From the sequence record OM456492.1: a stretch of 64,000 nt of DNA, one strand, 5' to 3'. A model generated the notes under the pieces. The model saw nothing but the letters and a program-made list of their open reading frames with translations, was not told where the DNA came from and did not search any database. Each line of letters begins with the position of its first letter. The first letter of the stretch is position 1. The position numbers were made by a program, and so were the translations under genes. Below are positions 36,041 to 45,068 of this stretch, piece after piece.

Positions 36041-36068
36041 CCCTCTTACCCGAAGGTAAGAGGGGTAC
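36041..36068 (-). terminator. Intrinsic terminator, identical to 9426-9453
   Basis: CCCTCTTACCCGAAGGTAAGAGGGGTAC. Confidence 0.9.
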
Positions 36069-36070
36069 TA

Positions 36071-36931
36071 CTACGGTTTATAATCAACTTCGTTGATCTC
36101 ACCGCAAGCCGGACAAGCAATGTTCATTGTCTGCGAAGTGTAGCGATGGGTTCTCGGTACTGTAGCGACATGGTTGCGGTTACAGCCGGAACACGTCCAA
36201 CCGACCACTGGTGCCTTCGATTGTTTCGGGGCAGGAGTGTCTTCTTTTAACAATGCGACTACCGCGTGAAATTTACGAAGTTCTGCGTTAACATGCGCTT
36301 CCCAGTCGGCGTCCAAACGCGCCGTGAACCAACGTTGAATCTTCTGGCCAAGGCCGTCTTGATTTTCTTCTTCATGGGACATCACAAACTTGAGATTTGC
36401 GCGACCCCATTGCACGACGTTCTCTACTTTAATCCCGTCTACGGTGTCGCTGATTGGCGTATAGTTAAAAGTTGGATAGGTGAGATAACAAGCTTCAGCT
36501 GTTGCAAAGACCGTATTGCCTTCAAACAGCGCCATGGCCTCATCGCCCTTAGCATCCTTCTGTGCGGCTTCCAATCGTGGGCAATGGAAACCTTCAAGTT
36601 GCTGGATTTTGGTCGTTAGCGCATTGATACCCTGTAGCACGGCAATGCGCTTTTTGCTGTCTGTGATCGTCGCCATTACCTTGCACAACGCGCGCGAGAT
36701 AGCGCTATACATTGACGTTTTGCGGTTTTCATCGAGGAAACGCTCCTGCTGCTCCAGGTCGTAAGAAGACAGGCCATAGCTCTGCCCTTCGACCAACACG
36801 ACGTAAGTACGACGTTTGTCGCGGTCCAGCTGGACAATGGCCGCGTCGGTTAACGGATCGCTAGCCAATACTTCGTGGTCGGGAGGTAGGGGGAAATCCG
36901 AACTTTTGATAAAATCGGTAATGCTGTACAT
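36071..36931 (-). CDS. Hypothetical protein with C-terminal zinc ribbon
   Basis: WTCSGC...IACPACG. Confidence 0.8.
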   Translation of the reverse strand: MYSITDFIKSSDFPLPPDHEVLASDPLTDAAIVQLDRDKRRTYVVLVEGQSYGLSSYDLEQQERFLDENRKTSMYSAISRALCKVMATITDSKKRIAVLQGINALTTKIQQLEGFHCPRLEAAQKDAKGDEAMALFEGNTVFATAEACYLTYPTFNYTPISDTVDGIKVENVVQWGRANLKFVMSHEEENQDGLGQKIQRWFTARLDADWEAHVNAELRKFHAVVALLKEDTPAPKQSKAPVVGWTCSGCNRNHVATVPRTHRYTSQTMNIACPACGEINEVDYKP

Positions 36932-36933
36932 TT

Positions 36934-37356
36934 TTAGCCCTTAAGATAGTTAATAAAGTCGTCTAAACTAATATCACGGAATGGGAAGTAAACACCTTCA
37001 AGCGGAATCGTGTAGTGTTCACTAATGGCACGTTGCCAATCCAGAACAGTTGCGGGGTAGTTCACAACCTCAAAGTTAGGATGCGTAATTGGCGGAATTG
37101 CGTTGTAAACATAGCCGTTGATATTTTTCGATGGGAACGCTGCACGGAACTTCGGCTCCATGTAGAACATTTCCTCTTTTACTTCCTGGCCTTCCCAGAA
37201 ACGATAGCCACCCTTACCGTCAGGAATATAAATCGCCTTATCTCGCGGTATAGGGGAATCCTTGGATAGCGGAACAAATCGCCCGTACTGGTCAAGAACC
37301 ATCCAGTCAGTGTCATTCTTTAAATACTTTTGGAGCTTTGCATTAATCATTTTCAT
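36934..37356 (-). CDS. Hypothetical protein
   Basis: Start moved to MKMINAK (SD AAGGA; a terminator lies in the 5' extension). Confidence 0.8.
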   Translation of the reverse strand: MKMINAKLQKYLKNDTDWMVLDQYGRFVPLSKDSPIPRDKAIYIPDGKGGYRFWEGQEVKEEMFYMEPKFRAAFPSKNINGYVYNAIPPITHPNFEVVNYPATVLDWQRAISEHYTIPLEGVYFPFRDISLDDFINYLKG

Positions 37357-37374
37357 GTTCCTTAGGCAAAAAAT

Positions 37375-37396
37375 AATACCACCCGTAGGTGGTATT
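37375..37396 (-). terminator. Intrinsic terminator
   Basis: AATACCACC-CGTA-GGTGGTATT plus T tract on the minus strand. Confidence 0.8.
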
Positions 37397-37408
37397 AAAT
37401 TATCTATA

Positions 37409-37597
37409 CTACTTCTTCCCGAGTTCCCCACGGAACTTCGCCAGCTCTTCTTTCCAGTCCGGCTTCGGTAGTGCGCTTTTCGGCCCCACGATAAATGTGC
37501 GTTCTGAGGTTTGTGGATTCACCTCTACTGTTTCGTTATCTTCCACTTCGCGAAGCACGATTCCGTTTTTACCATCGTAATTAACTAAAACACCCAT
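37409..37597 (-). CDS. Small hypothetical protein
   Basis: 62 aa, TAATG-coupled. Confidence 0.75.
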   Translation of the reverse strand: MGVLVNYDGKNGIVLREVEDNETVEVNPQTSERTFIVGPKSALPKPDWKEELAKFRGELGKK

Positions 37598-37779
37598 TAG
37601 TAAATCTCCTGCTGCATTGGAAACACATTACCTGTCGGTGAGACAAGTAAAACTTGCGCGGTAACGTGAACGATTTCTTCTTCGTCCTGACGACGAACAC
37701 CGTTAGTGAGATTATCCCACTCACGTTTAAAACGCGGGTGAGATAAGAACTCGGCAAACTCCGTATCAGAAAAGTCCAT
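37597..37779 (-). CDS. Small acidic hypothetical protein
   Basis: Start moved to MDFSDTEF, TAATG-coupled to the upstream peptide gene. Confidence 0.75.
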   Translation of the reverse strand: MDFSDTEFAEFLSHPRFKREWDNLTNGVRRQDEEEIVHVTAQVLLVSPTGNVFPMQQEIY

Positions 37780-37922
37780 TAGCCGCGACCTGTACACATG
37801 GCAACAGAGTTACCGTTATCGATGCACTTGTTGTAATCTTGAGTTACAGTGATGGACAGTACCGCGAAAGCAACAACTGCAACGATGGCAAAGATGGCAC
37901 GTTTATGGTTACGAGTTAACAT
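37779..37922 (-). CDS. Small membrane peptide with Cys pair (47 aa, MLTRNHKRAIFAIVAVVAFAVLSITVTQDYNKCIDNGNSVAMCTGRG)
   Basis: Manually translated; directly behind the conserved leader (SD AAGGAG) and early promoter. Confidence 0.8.
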   Translation of the reverse strand: MLTRNHKRAIFAIVAVVAFAVLSITVTQDYNKCIDNGNSVAMCTGRG

Positions 37923-37925
37923 GGC

Positions 37926-37952
37926 AATACTCCTTTAGATTAATAGTCGATT
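37926..37952 (-). promoter_or_regulatory. Conserved 27-nt 5' leader/RBS element
   Basis: Identical to 9297-9323. Confidence 0.8.
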
Positions 37953-37973
37953 GAGTTGATAGATTGTCTTCTA

Positions 37974-37999
37974 TCACCTAGGTAATATATATCTGAAAT
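37974..37999 (-). promoter_or_regulatory. Class A early promoter
   Basis: Minus strand ATTTCAGATATATATTACCTAGGTGA, identical to 46477-46502. Confidence 0.85.
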
Positions 38000-38018
38000 T
38001 ATTTTTATTCAGAGTACA

Positions 38019-38120
38019 CCCTCTATAACGCTCTCAAACGCGTTTTGAGAGCTTTTATCGTTTTAGAGGGTCGTTCTACCGTTAGACTAGCTTTAGAAGG
38101 ATGTGAGTGCGTTTAGAGGG
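38019..38120. repeat. Cluster of direct and inverted CGTTT(T)AGAGGG-like repeats
   Basis: Direct copies at 38041-38051, 38059-38070, 38092-38100 and 38110-38120; inverted copies at 38019-38030 and 38031-38040. Confidence 0.65.
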
Positions 38121-38134
38121 CTAAAATAAAGAGA

Positions 38135-38157
38135 CCTGGTCTCACAAGGAGACCAGG
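38135..38157 (-). terminator. Intrinsic terminator
   Basis: CCTGGTCTC-ACAAG-GAGACCAGG after the stop of 38165..38962. Confidence 0.8.
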
Positions 38158-38164
38158 CACACAT

Positions 38165-38962
38165 TTACATCAAATCCAGGCTCTGTGAGACCGCAACTTC
38201 CGGTTCACTGATACCACTGGTCACTGACAATGTAAAGCGACGATCGTTAATCACTTCAACTGCTTCGCTCGCACGCAGTGAATACTTGTCGGCGATTGGC
38301 AGTACACTGTTATCGTTCTGCGGCGGCAGAATCTGTGCCGGGAACGGAATGTACGAGTTGAAAGTGATATACGGACCGACTTGCATCATCGGGAACACTT
38401 CGTTCACGTTATTCGACATCCCTTCATCCGAAGAGATAACGGAGTGACGCAGACAGGCACGCAGACCAACGGTGTACTCCGGATCGCGCGATTCGCCAAT
38501 CAGTGCGAAACGAAACACGTTGAAATCGTAGTCGTCTGCAGCGAAGTGTTCTGGCAGGATACGCTGTACGTATTCAGGGTAAGTGGTCACGTCACCCGGA
38601 ATAACATTCACGGCGAGTTTCTGTGCCAGGAAATACGCATTCGCGAAACCATACTGACCCGCCAGCGCGGCTGAAATCGGTGCTGTGGTTACGCAGTGCA
38701 GGAATAAGTGATAACCCAGCCCGCCTTTATCTTCGATTGCCAGGTCCTTCTTACTCTGCACACCGTCAGCAGTATAAATAACTGCTACTGTCTTATCCAA
38801 CGTCGACGCCATGACAAAATCCAACTGCACCTCACCGCTCTGCGGTAGTACCTTAACCAGGCGATCCCAGAGCTTGGTCGGTTTGGTGAAGTTAGCGGCT
38901 TCATACGCGTCAATGTCGAGAACAGTTTGGCCGGTCATGCGAAAGGTGTGAATCGCTTTCAT
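38165..38962 (-). CDS. Hypothetical protein, high-expression codon usage
   Basis: 265 aa; own TATGACCC motif and terminator. Confidence 0.9.
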   Translation of the reverse strand: MKAIHTFRMTGQTVLDIDAYEAANFTKPTKLWDRLVKVLPQSGEVQLDFVMASTLDKTVAVIYTADGVQSKKDLAIEDKGGLGYHLFLHCVTTAPISAALAGQYGFANAYFLAQKLAVNVIPGDVTTYPEYVQRILPEHFAADDYDFNVFRFALIGESRDPEYTVGLRACLRHSVISSDEGMSNNVNEVFPMMQVGPYITFNSYIPFPAQILPPQNDNSVLPIADKYSLRASEAVEVINDRRFTLSVTSGISEPEVAVSQSLDLM

Positions 38963-39005
38963 TGCAATATTTTCCTTAAGGTTACTTACGGGTCATACTA
39001 GATGA

Positions 39006-40319
39006 CTAAGCTGTAAATTTTTCATCTTTGAGCCAAAGGCTCAGTTGTGATTGGGTGTTATAGCGTCCCGATGCCATCGTTTGACCGTCGATAGCAGACT
39101 GGAACACCTCCCCCACCAACGTGCCGTAGCGGGTATAGACCCCATACTCGTTGGCAAAAACGTATTTTACTGGCATACCGGGATATAGGATACCGTGCGT
39201 TGAACGGTTCCAGGTTGTTTGCACAATCGTACCCAGACTCATCTCTAGTTTAGACCGCTGTGGTTTATCGGTATCACTAAAGTGTTTATCAGGATCGATG
39301 GGTGCGTTAACCACGCCACCGGGATACGCAGCAGGGTCAGCCTGTGCCACAAATTTATCAGGTGTGGTCATACTGATGTCACCAGGCGTAAATGAACTAC
39401 TACGCCCATCCAACACACGTACAGACCCTACCCGGTAACCTGTACCCTGGTTAAGTGCAGCCTGGTCACGGTATTCCAAACTACTGGTGTCGCCGCCACA
39501 AATCAGATAGATAACATTACCCGCGATATCGGTGGTGCGGTCAATGTGAGCAGCCTGTTCACGTGGCAGATTATAGATGACCAGTTTAGGCTTCGTTGTG
39601 TTATTAAACTTCAACGAGTCCCAGGGCCGATACAGATACCAGCGCTGCAAGTATTGGAAGACCCCAATACCTTTGCTGTAAACACCGTAATGGTTCTGCA
39701 GATAATCAAACACGCTTAAGAAGTCTTCGGAGTCCGGTATAACGATATCACGATATGCCTGCTGTTCTTCCTCGTCGTATTCAATTCCTTTCAACTGCCC
39801 CTCTGCAGCCACCCCTTCCGGCAACGTATCCGCCAATATCGAGCGAGCCACTGTTAATCCATCTGTTTCGTGGTAGATGCCGCCCACTTGACGATTACGC
39901 AAAAACCACATCGACTCATCCATCAGCTCCAATGTTACCAAAGCGATAGATTTCTCATCAGACTGACTCAAGAACATCGTCGGTGTTTCCGCGTTGTGGT
40001 CGCGGTTATTTATCACGATGCCGCGGTAGTTAAAGACCCCCGCGATTTTCTGTCCACGACGCAATAACAGCTTTACCTTCAAATCCCCTTCTGCGGACGA
40101 CGTGATCATTCGCATGTGGCTGTAGGGTATAGCCAAGGTGAGATGTGTCAATAAACAGATATCACGCGTAAAGTGACCAGTGTGAATGATAGACAGCATC
40201 TTCAACACCGTCACTGGGGCACCGTGCACCGTGAGGAATATTCCGTAGTCGATAGCCGGTAACCCCCGAGCATTAGCGATGTGACCGTTCGCCATCTGTT
40301 GTAACCGACCAAACGACAT
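39006..40319 (-). CDS. Virion protein, probable baseplate hub (gp27/late-control-D-like)
   Basis: IVIPDSEDFLSVFDYLQNHYGVYSKGIGVF resembles hub proteins; position in the tail block. Confidence 0.55.
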   Translation of the reverse strand: MSFGRLQQMANGHIANARGLPAIDYGIFLTVHGAPVTVLKMLSIIHTGHFTRDICLLTHLTLAIPYSHMRMITSSAEGDLKVKLLLRRGQKIAGVFNYRGIVINNRDHNAETPTMFLSQSDEKSIALVTLELMDESMWFLRNRQVGGIYHETDGLTVARSILADTLPEGVAAEGQLKGIEYDEEEQQAYRDIVIPDSEDFLSVFDYLQNHYGVYSKGIGVFQYLQRWYLYRPWDSLKFNNTTKPKLVIYNLPREQAAHIDRTTDIAGNVIYLICGGDTSSLEYRDQAALNQGTGYRVGSVRVLDGRSSSFTPGDISMTTPDKFVAQADPAAYPGGVVNAPIDPDKHFSDTDKPQRSKLEMSLGTIVQTTWNRSTHGILYPGMPVKYVFANEYGVYTRYGTLVGEVFQSAIDGQTMASGRYNTQSQLSLWLKDEKFTA

Positions 40320-40858
40320 TAGCGACCTCCTCGGGCTCTATAAGCGTACTCAATACGTTTCATAATCGTATCATTAAAACGGTGGAGTTTAGACTCCAGG
40401 CGGACCTGCCCAAATAACGACTGAACACAGTCCGCCATCGTTGCCGTGGGTTTCTTGAAATACCCGTAGCGGTTAGCCACAGGAAACAGTTTCGAAGCCA
40501 GCACATTGAACTGACGCAACCCTTCGATAGGGACTTCCCGGTAAATCAGCGTCGGGTTCTCCAGATAGTTCAGCCAGTCCGCAAGGTGTTCCATAATCCA
40601 CCCGTACACTTTAATCCCGTCATGCGGGTCGTGTACATCTAACGCACCACCGGTCGCTAAATACTCAGCGGCTTCCGAGGGATGCAGATAGATAGGCTTC
40701 ATGTTCAGTAACAACGCTTGTCGTTTCTTCGGGTCTTCTGGCAAGAACAATCCGTGTTCCTGACTGGCGTAGGTTGTGATGGTTGCATATTCCGGTACCC
40801 GGAAGAACACCCACGCTTTAAACAGCATAAATGCTGCACTGCGCTTCTTCTCCGACAT
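40319..40858 (-). CDS. Conserved hypothetical protein
   Basis: 179 aa, coupled in the structural operon. Confidence 0.8.
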   Translation of the reverse strand: MSEKKRSAAFMLFKAWVFFRVPEYATITTYASQEHGLFLPEDPKKRQALLLNMKPIYLHPSEAAEYLATGGALDVHDPHDGIKVYGWIMEHLADWLNYLENPTLIYREVPIEGLRQFNVLASKLFPVANRYGYFKKPTATMADCVQSLFGQVRLESKLHRFNDTIMKRIEYAYRARGGR

Positions 40859-40860
40859 TA

Positions 40861-42216
40861 CTACCTCGCGTATTTCAAAATCACGTAGACCATCGGGACG
40901 TAATAGAACTGACTGTCCTTCGGTAAAGCCAGCACCAATTCTGCTAGACGTGCGGCCACTTCACTAGGTACTGGTTGTTTGTTCAGATACAAGTACAAAC
41001 AATGCTCCAGAACCGAGCTGTACGAGCCGCTATAGAACGTTTCGCTTAACAGGTAGGGTTTATACGTCAACGGCAGAAAAGCCACCATATCCTCGCCTGC
41101 GTTGCCCTGATACTCAGGGAACATAACCGGTTCAAATGCTTCGAACTCTGGCCATTCCCCATCGTACGTTGCCAACTGACGAATCTGTGATGTAAAGAAG
41201 CGCGTTGAACTGAACTGTGACCATGCGATGGTGTTGCGGGTCTGCATCGTTCTGAAAGTGCGCGGGTTAACTGCGCTGCATTCTTTCTCAACGTACGGTA
41301 GTAGTCCTGGCTGTTGATTTAACAACACCGTGAACAGCGTTTCGATATCTTGCACAGGTTTCGGCGGGTGTGGGTAAATACGGATATCTTTACCAACGGT
41401 TCGAAGACCGATAGCCTTCACAAACATCGCCAAGAAGACGTCGTAGTAGCCGCCTGCCTTTAACCCGTCGAGTTTCCAGTCGCGTGGATAAGCAAGAGTT
41501 TCTAAACTGGTATCGTAGAAACGGCGAACAAACGTCGTCTCAATGTCCTTAATGCGGTCTCCCAGCTCCAGGAACGTACGATACTCGTTGGGGGTCAGTA
41601 AGGTATCACCACCGGTCCACGCACGCTCACGGACGTAATGGAGCGTTCTGACGGTACACAGACGAATCGTCTCTGCAATCTGCGGAGTAATCTCGTACAA
41701 CATCGTGTAACGTATCTGATACGTTGCAATTTTGTTGTTCGACATTCGGGTAACGGCAGTGATGTTAAACAGACCGTGTCGATGATCACCTATTGGGGCA
41801 ACGAAAAAGTCGCCTTCATTCGGTGTAATCGACGCGACCAGTGTCGACGTCCCGGTCAGCTCGAAAGTCTTACGTTGTTCGTCCTGCGTACGGTCAAGCG
41901 GCGCGTTAACACGCAACGACAAATTAACAATCTTAAGCAGCTGTTGCGTAGGGCTGTCGTTCTGGGTATCGAACATCGTCTTCGGATCGTTGCGACCCGA
42001 CAGCGCGTGATAAAAATCAACCGGCCATTCAGAACCTTCGTTGTATTGCAGGAGATACTGTTTCGGAATCCTGTCGAAGTCCGTTACCGTGGTGCGGGTT
42101 GGAATCGTTACCAAGTTACTGGCTTCTTTCACCCCGTCCTGCGGTTTATTGATAATCGGAATCTCAGGTTCAACAGGAACGAATTTGGTATCACCCCTCT
42201 TGTTCGCCTTGAGCAT
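40861..42216 (-). CDS. Virion neck/head-closure protein (T4 gp14-like)
   Basis: PNEGDFFVAPIGDHRHGLFNITAV resembles gp14 PxEGDLIYxP...LFEI. Confidence 0.6.
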   Translation of the reverse strand: MLKANKRGDTKFVPVEPEIPIINKPQDGVKEASNLVTIPTRTTVTDFDRIPKQYLLQYNEGSEWPVDFYHALSGRNDPKTMFDTQNDSPTQQLLKIVNLSLRVNAPLDRTQDEQRKTFELTGTSTLVASITPNEGDFFVAPIGDHRHGLFNITAVTRMSNNKIATYQIRYTMLYEITPQIAETIRLCTVRTLHYVRERAWTGGDTLLTPNEYRTFLELGDRIKDIETTFVRRFYDTSLETLAYPRDWKLDGLKAGGYYDVFLAMFVKAIGLRTVGKDIRIYPHPPKPVQDIETLFTVLLNQQPGLLPYVEKECSAVNPRTFRTMQTRNTIAWSQFSSTRFFTSQIRQLATYDGEWPEFEAFEPVMFPEYQGNAGEDMVAFLPLTYKPYLLSETFYSGSYSSVLEHCLYLYLNKQPVPSEVAARLAELVLALPKDSQFYYVPMVYVILKYAR

Positions 42217-43693
42217 TATCGGCTCCTCTGATGGCTATAATCGTGGTATTAAATTGCGTCAACAGGACACGGCGATAGAACTTCGTGATTTCGTCAATCA
42301 CACTTGGTGGTAACACAGGTTTATCCCACCACCAATCCGGGCAATCCCAATCTGGGAATAACCACTCAATAAGCACTTTTGCCGCTTTTGGATAAAGATG
42401 CAGTGGCCATAAGTCCAGATTACGCCAGTCGTGTATTGCCGACTCTGTTAAGTAGTACGCTTTCTCGACATGAACTTCACGGTTACGTAGCGAGAAGACG
42501 CCGTTCTCCCAATGATAGAAACGCGGTTCAATAATTTGACCGTTCTCGAACAATTCCATACGGATAATGCCCGTCTGACCTGTCGGGTCTATCGTGCGAC
42601 AGTGCTCGATATAAGGAACCACGTCGGCATTCCAGACATACGGTAAATCATCGATGCTACAAACCTCAGGGTCGATCATGTTTTCTTCACCGAAGGCTAC
42701 ATCGGTGCCGAACACATGCAGAAGTTTTGCTTTTAGCGGCGAGTGTGTGCGTTCGAACTGTTCTGTCGGTGACAGCAGATACGGCAGGCGTAAGAACTGA
42801 CGGGATTCATTAATCCACCACGTCCCGTCGAGATTCTTCTGCTGTTGGTGACGTTGCACACCTTCTTCATTACTCACAAACGGCGGGTCTATCTCAGGCC
42901 ACCATTCATCAGGCAACGGTGTTTGGTTGATGATGTACGGATAAGTAACCACCACCTCTTCAGGGCGTTGATACGAGAAACGTATAACGAAACTGGTTTC
43001 GTAATGGTTCTCATCGTTATCCCAGGTAGGAGAGATAACATCGTAAACCGTCTCGATACGGGTTGGTGCGTAGCGTACCGCTAAGACATTCTGGCCACCG
43101 GCGACATTGCCTGTGGTGAAAACGTCGGGTGTGAAATGTGCCTTTAGATAGGCTTTAAAGTCGTCGTACTTCGGTACGCGGGTCCCTGCGGCGATATAGC
43201 ATTCGTTCAATAGCTTAAGCGCAGGCTTTGGAATCAGGTAGTACGCTTCGGATTCCGTCATGGTCGAATAGCGACCCATGTCGATAAGTGAATCCAAGCG
43301 GTTTGCCCAACGTAACAATTCGTCACGCGATGGGCCGACACGCCGTAGCGTGATAGTCACGTTATACATTACGCGGACAGGAGCAGCGCGTACTTGGTCT
43401 TCGGGGTTATGGAAGAATGGAATCTCTGCCGCTAACCCAACTTGACGGTTAATGCGTGCACGTTCATCGCGTTCTTCTTCCACTTCGACGTAGACACGGT
43501 TCGGTGCTGAATAGTCCACCGGTGTCTCATCGCCGAGCGTAGAGCCTGGCTGATGGGCGGTGTTGAAGCTATCCGTGAAAACAACACTGGCACGTTCAAT
43601 ACCAGATTCGTTTAGCACACGTTCTACGACGCCGTCGACCACAGCTTTGCGCATGGTCTTGTCCAACGATGGAATTTCAAAATACTGTTGCAT
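42191..43693 (-). CDS. Virion neck/tail-completion protein (gp15-like)
   Basis: 500 aa; adjacent to the gp14-like gene; TATGAC motif upstream. Confidence 0.55.
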   Translation of the reverse strand: MQQYFEIPSLDKTMRKAVVDGVVERVLNESGIERASVVFTDSFNTAHQPGSTLGDETPVDYSAPNRVYVEVEEERDERARINRQVGLAAEIPFFHNPEDQVRAAPVRVMYNVTITLRRVGPSRDELLRWANRLDSLIDMGRYSTMTESEAYYLIPKPALKLLNECYIAAGTRVPKYDDFKAYLKAHFTPDVFTTGNVAGGQNVLAVRYAPTRIETVYDVISPTWDNDENHYETSFVIRFSYQRPEEVVVTYPYIINQTPLPDEWWPEIDPPFVSNEEGVQRHQQQKNLDGTWWINESRQFLRLPYLLSPTEQFERTHSPLKAKLLHVFGTDVAFGEENMIDPEVCSIDDLPYVWNADVVPYIEHCRTIDPTGQTGIIRMELFENGQIIEPRFYHWENGVFSLRNREVHVEKAYYLTESAIHDWRNLDLWPLHLYPKAAKVLIEWLFPDWDCPDWWWDKPVLPPSVIDEITKFYRRVLLTQFNTTIIAIRGADNAQGEQEG

Positions 43694-43744
43694 TAGCTGT
43701 CCCTCGTTGTAGTCATATCACTGGCCTAAAACGCAAAAAAAAGA

Positions 43745-43764
43745 AAGGGAGCCGAAACTCCCTT
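43745..43764 (-). terminator. Intrinsic terminator
   Basis: AAGGGAG-CCGAAA-CTCCCTT plus T tract on the minus strand. Confidence 0.75.
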
Positions 43765-43770
43765 CGTGTT

Positions 43771-44100
43771 TTAGTGGGCCAGCCAAGCTAGCTGCCACTT
43801 CTTACATTTTATTCCGCTGTGTCCAACTGGATTGCGGATAATGTCCATCGTTTGCCCGACAACGAATTCAATCATCTTGTCCGATAACCTTTTACCCATC
43901 GCGATAGAGAGGGCTGTAACTTGATCAGGGCCATCGATGTATGCATAAACCGGCTCGTTGCTGCCGAAAATGAGATAGAAGGAACCCTCGCACACCACAA
44001 TTGACGTCAGTGGTAGAATACAATCGGTATACTCTTTCGCCAGTTCAGCCGCTTTTGGGGTTACTTCCATCACGTAACCTTTAACAGTTTTCTTTTCCAC
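43771..44100 (-). CDS. Hypothetical protein
   Basis: 109 aa, GTG start, SD GGAG. Confidence 0.75.
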   Translation of the reverse strand: MEKKTVKGYVMEVTPKAAELAKEYTDCILPLTSIVVCEGSFYLIFGSNEPVYAYIDGPDQVTALSIAMGKRLSDKMIEFVVGQTMDIIRNPVGHSGIKCKKWQLAWLAH

Positions 44101-44101
44101 T

Positions 44102-44653
44102 TTAAACTCCAGCGATACGATTTAAAATTTGATACGTCCAACGGTGCGTGTGTTTCTGACCGTCGGGTAAATGGGTCATGGTGTAGTCGACTTGAAAAAC
44201 ATCTCTGTCGATTTCTGGGAAGAAAGCATCGGCACCTTCAACAGCGATGTCGATACGCGACAGATAGATACGATCCGCGCGAGCGAGGGTTTGTTGATAA
44301 ATTGATGCGCCGCCGATAATCATCACCTCTTGCTCTTTCCCGGTATCTTTCTCAATACGCTCCAGAGCTTTGATAGCTAAATCAATACTCGTGTGATACG
44401 TCACCAAACGCATGTCGGTGTGTTCTTCCCGGCCACTAATATAAGCTTCTGGGTTACGAGTAACGATTAAGTTACCGCGGTTAGGCAAAGGACGACAACC
44501 TAACGATTCCCAGGTCTTGCTGCCCATGATAACGTTCTTCCCTGTGGTGATTGCCTTAAAGTTAGCCAGGTCGGCAGGCAGACGCCATGGCAGTTCGTTG
44601 TTTTTACCGATGGCGTTGTTGCGGTCCATCGCGACGATAATAGAGAGTTTCAC
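44102..44653 (-). CDS. folA: Dihydrofolate reductase
   Basis: IIVAMDRNNAIGKNNELPWRLPADLANFK, VIMGSKTWESL, LPNRGNLIVT, MIIGGASIY, GADAFFP. Confidence 0.97.
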   Translation of the reverse strand: MKLSIIVAMDRNNAIGKNNELPWRLPADLANFKAITTGKNVIMGSKTWESLGCRPLPNRGNLIVTRNPEAYISGREEHTDMRLVTYHTSIDLAIKALERIEKDTGKEQEVMIIGGASIYQQTLARADRIYLSRIDIAVEGADAFFPEIDRDVFQVDYTMTHLPDGQKHTHRWTYQILNRIAGV

Positions 44654-45024
44654 GGTTTGCTCCTACGGGCTTTAGATAATTCTTTCATTGCGTGGCGTAA
44701 ATAGCGACTAAATTCAAGACGGCTGTACGTGAATGTCACCGGATAGTCCAGAATCACCGACAGTGATACCGTTCTGGCATCCACCTCGACCAACAGACTG
44801 TTCGTACAGCAACCTGCAAACATCCCACGGCCAACCAACGGCCGCTTCAGTCTGATGGTTAGCGTACCCAACCATTCTCTGTTGCCAAGCAGTAACAAGG
44901 CTTCTGCCAGGTCTTCCTCGACTATCGCTAGACAGTGTTCATCGTCTCGTACACGGAGGCGAATCTGCGGTTCTACGTTTATAGTTTCTGTTGTCATCTC
45001 AAATTTAAATTTATCACCCATCAC
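44650..45024 (-). CDS. Hypothetical protein
   Basis: 124 aa, overlaps the folA start by 4 nt. Confidence 0.75.
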   Translation of the reverse strand: MMGDKFKFEMTTETINVEPQIRLRVRDDEHCLAIVEEDLAEALLLLGNREWLGTLTIRLKRPLVGRGMFAGCCTNSLLVEVDARTVSLSVILDYPVTFTYSRLEFSRYLRHAMKELSKARRSKP

Positions 45025-45040
45025 ACAACCCCAAAAAAGA

Positions 45041-45061
45041 AGGTGGCTTGTTAGGCCACCT
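45041..45061 (-). terminator. Intrinsic terminator
   Basis: AGGTGGC-TTGTTAG-GCCACCT plus T tract on the minus strand. Confidence 0.7.
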
Positions 45062-45068
45062 TATTAAA

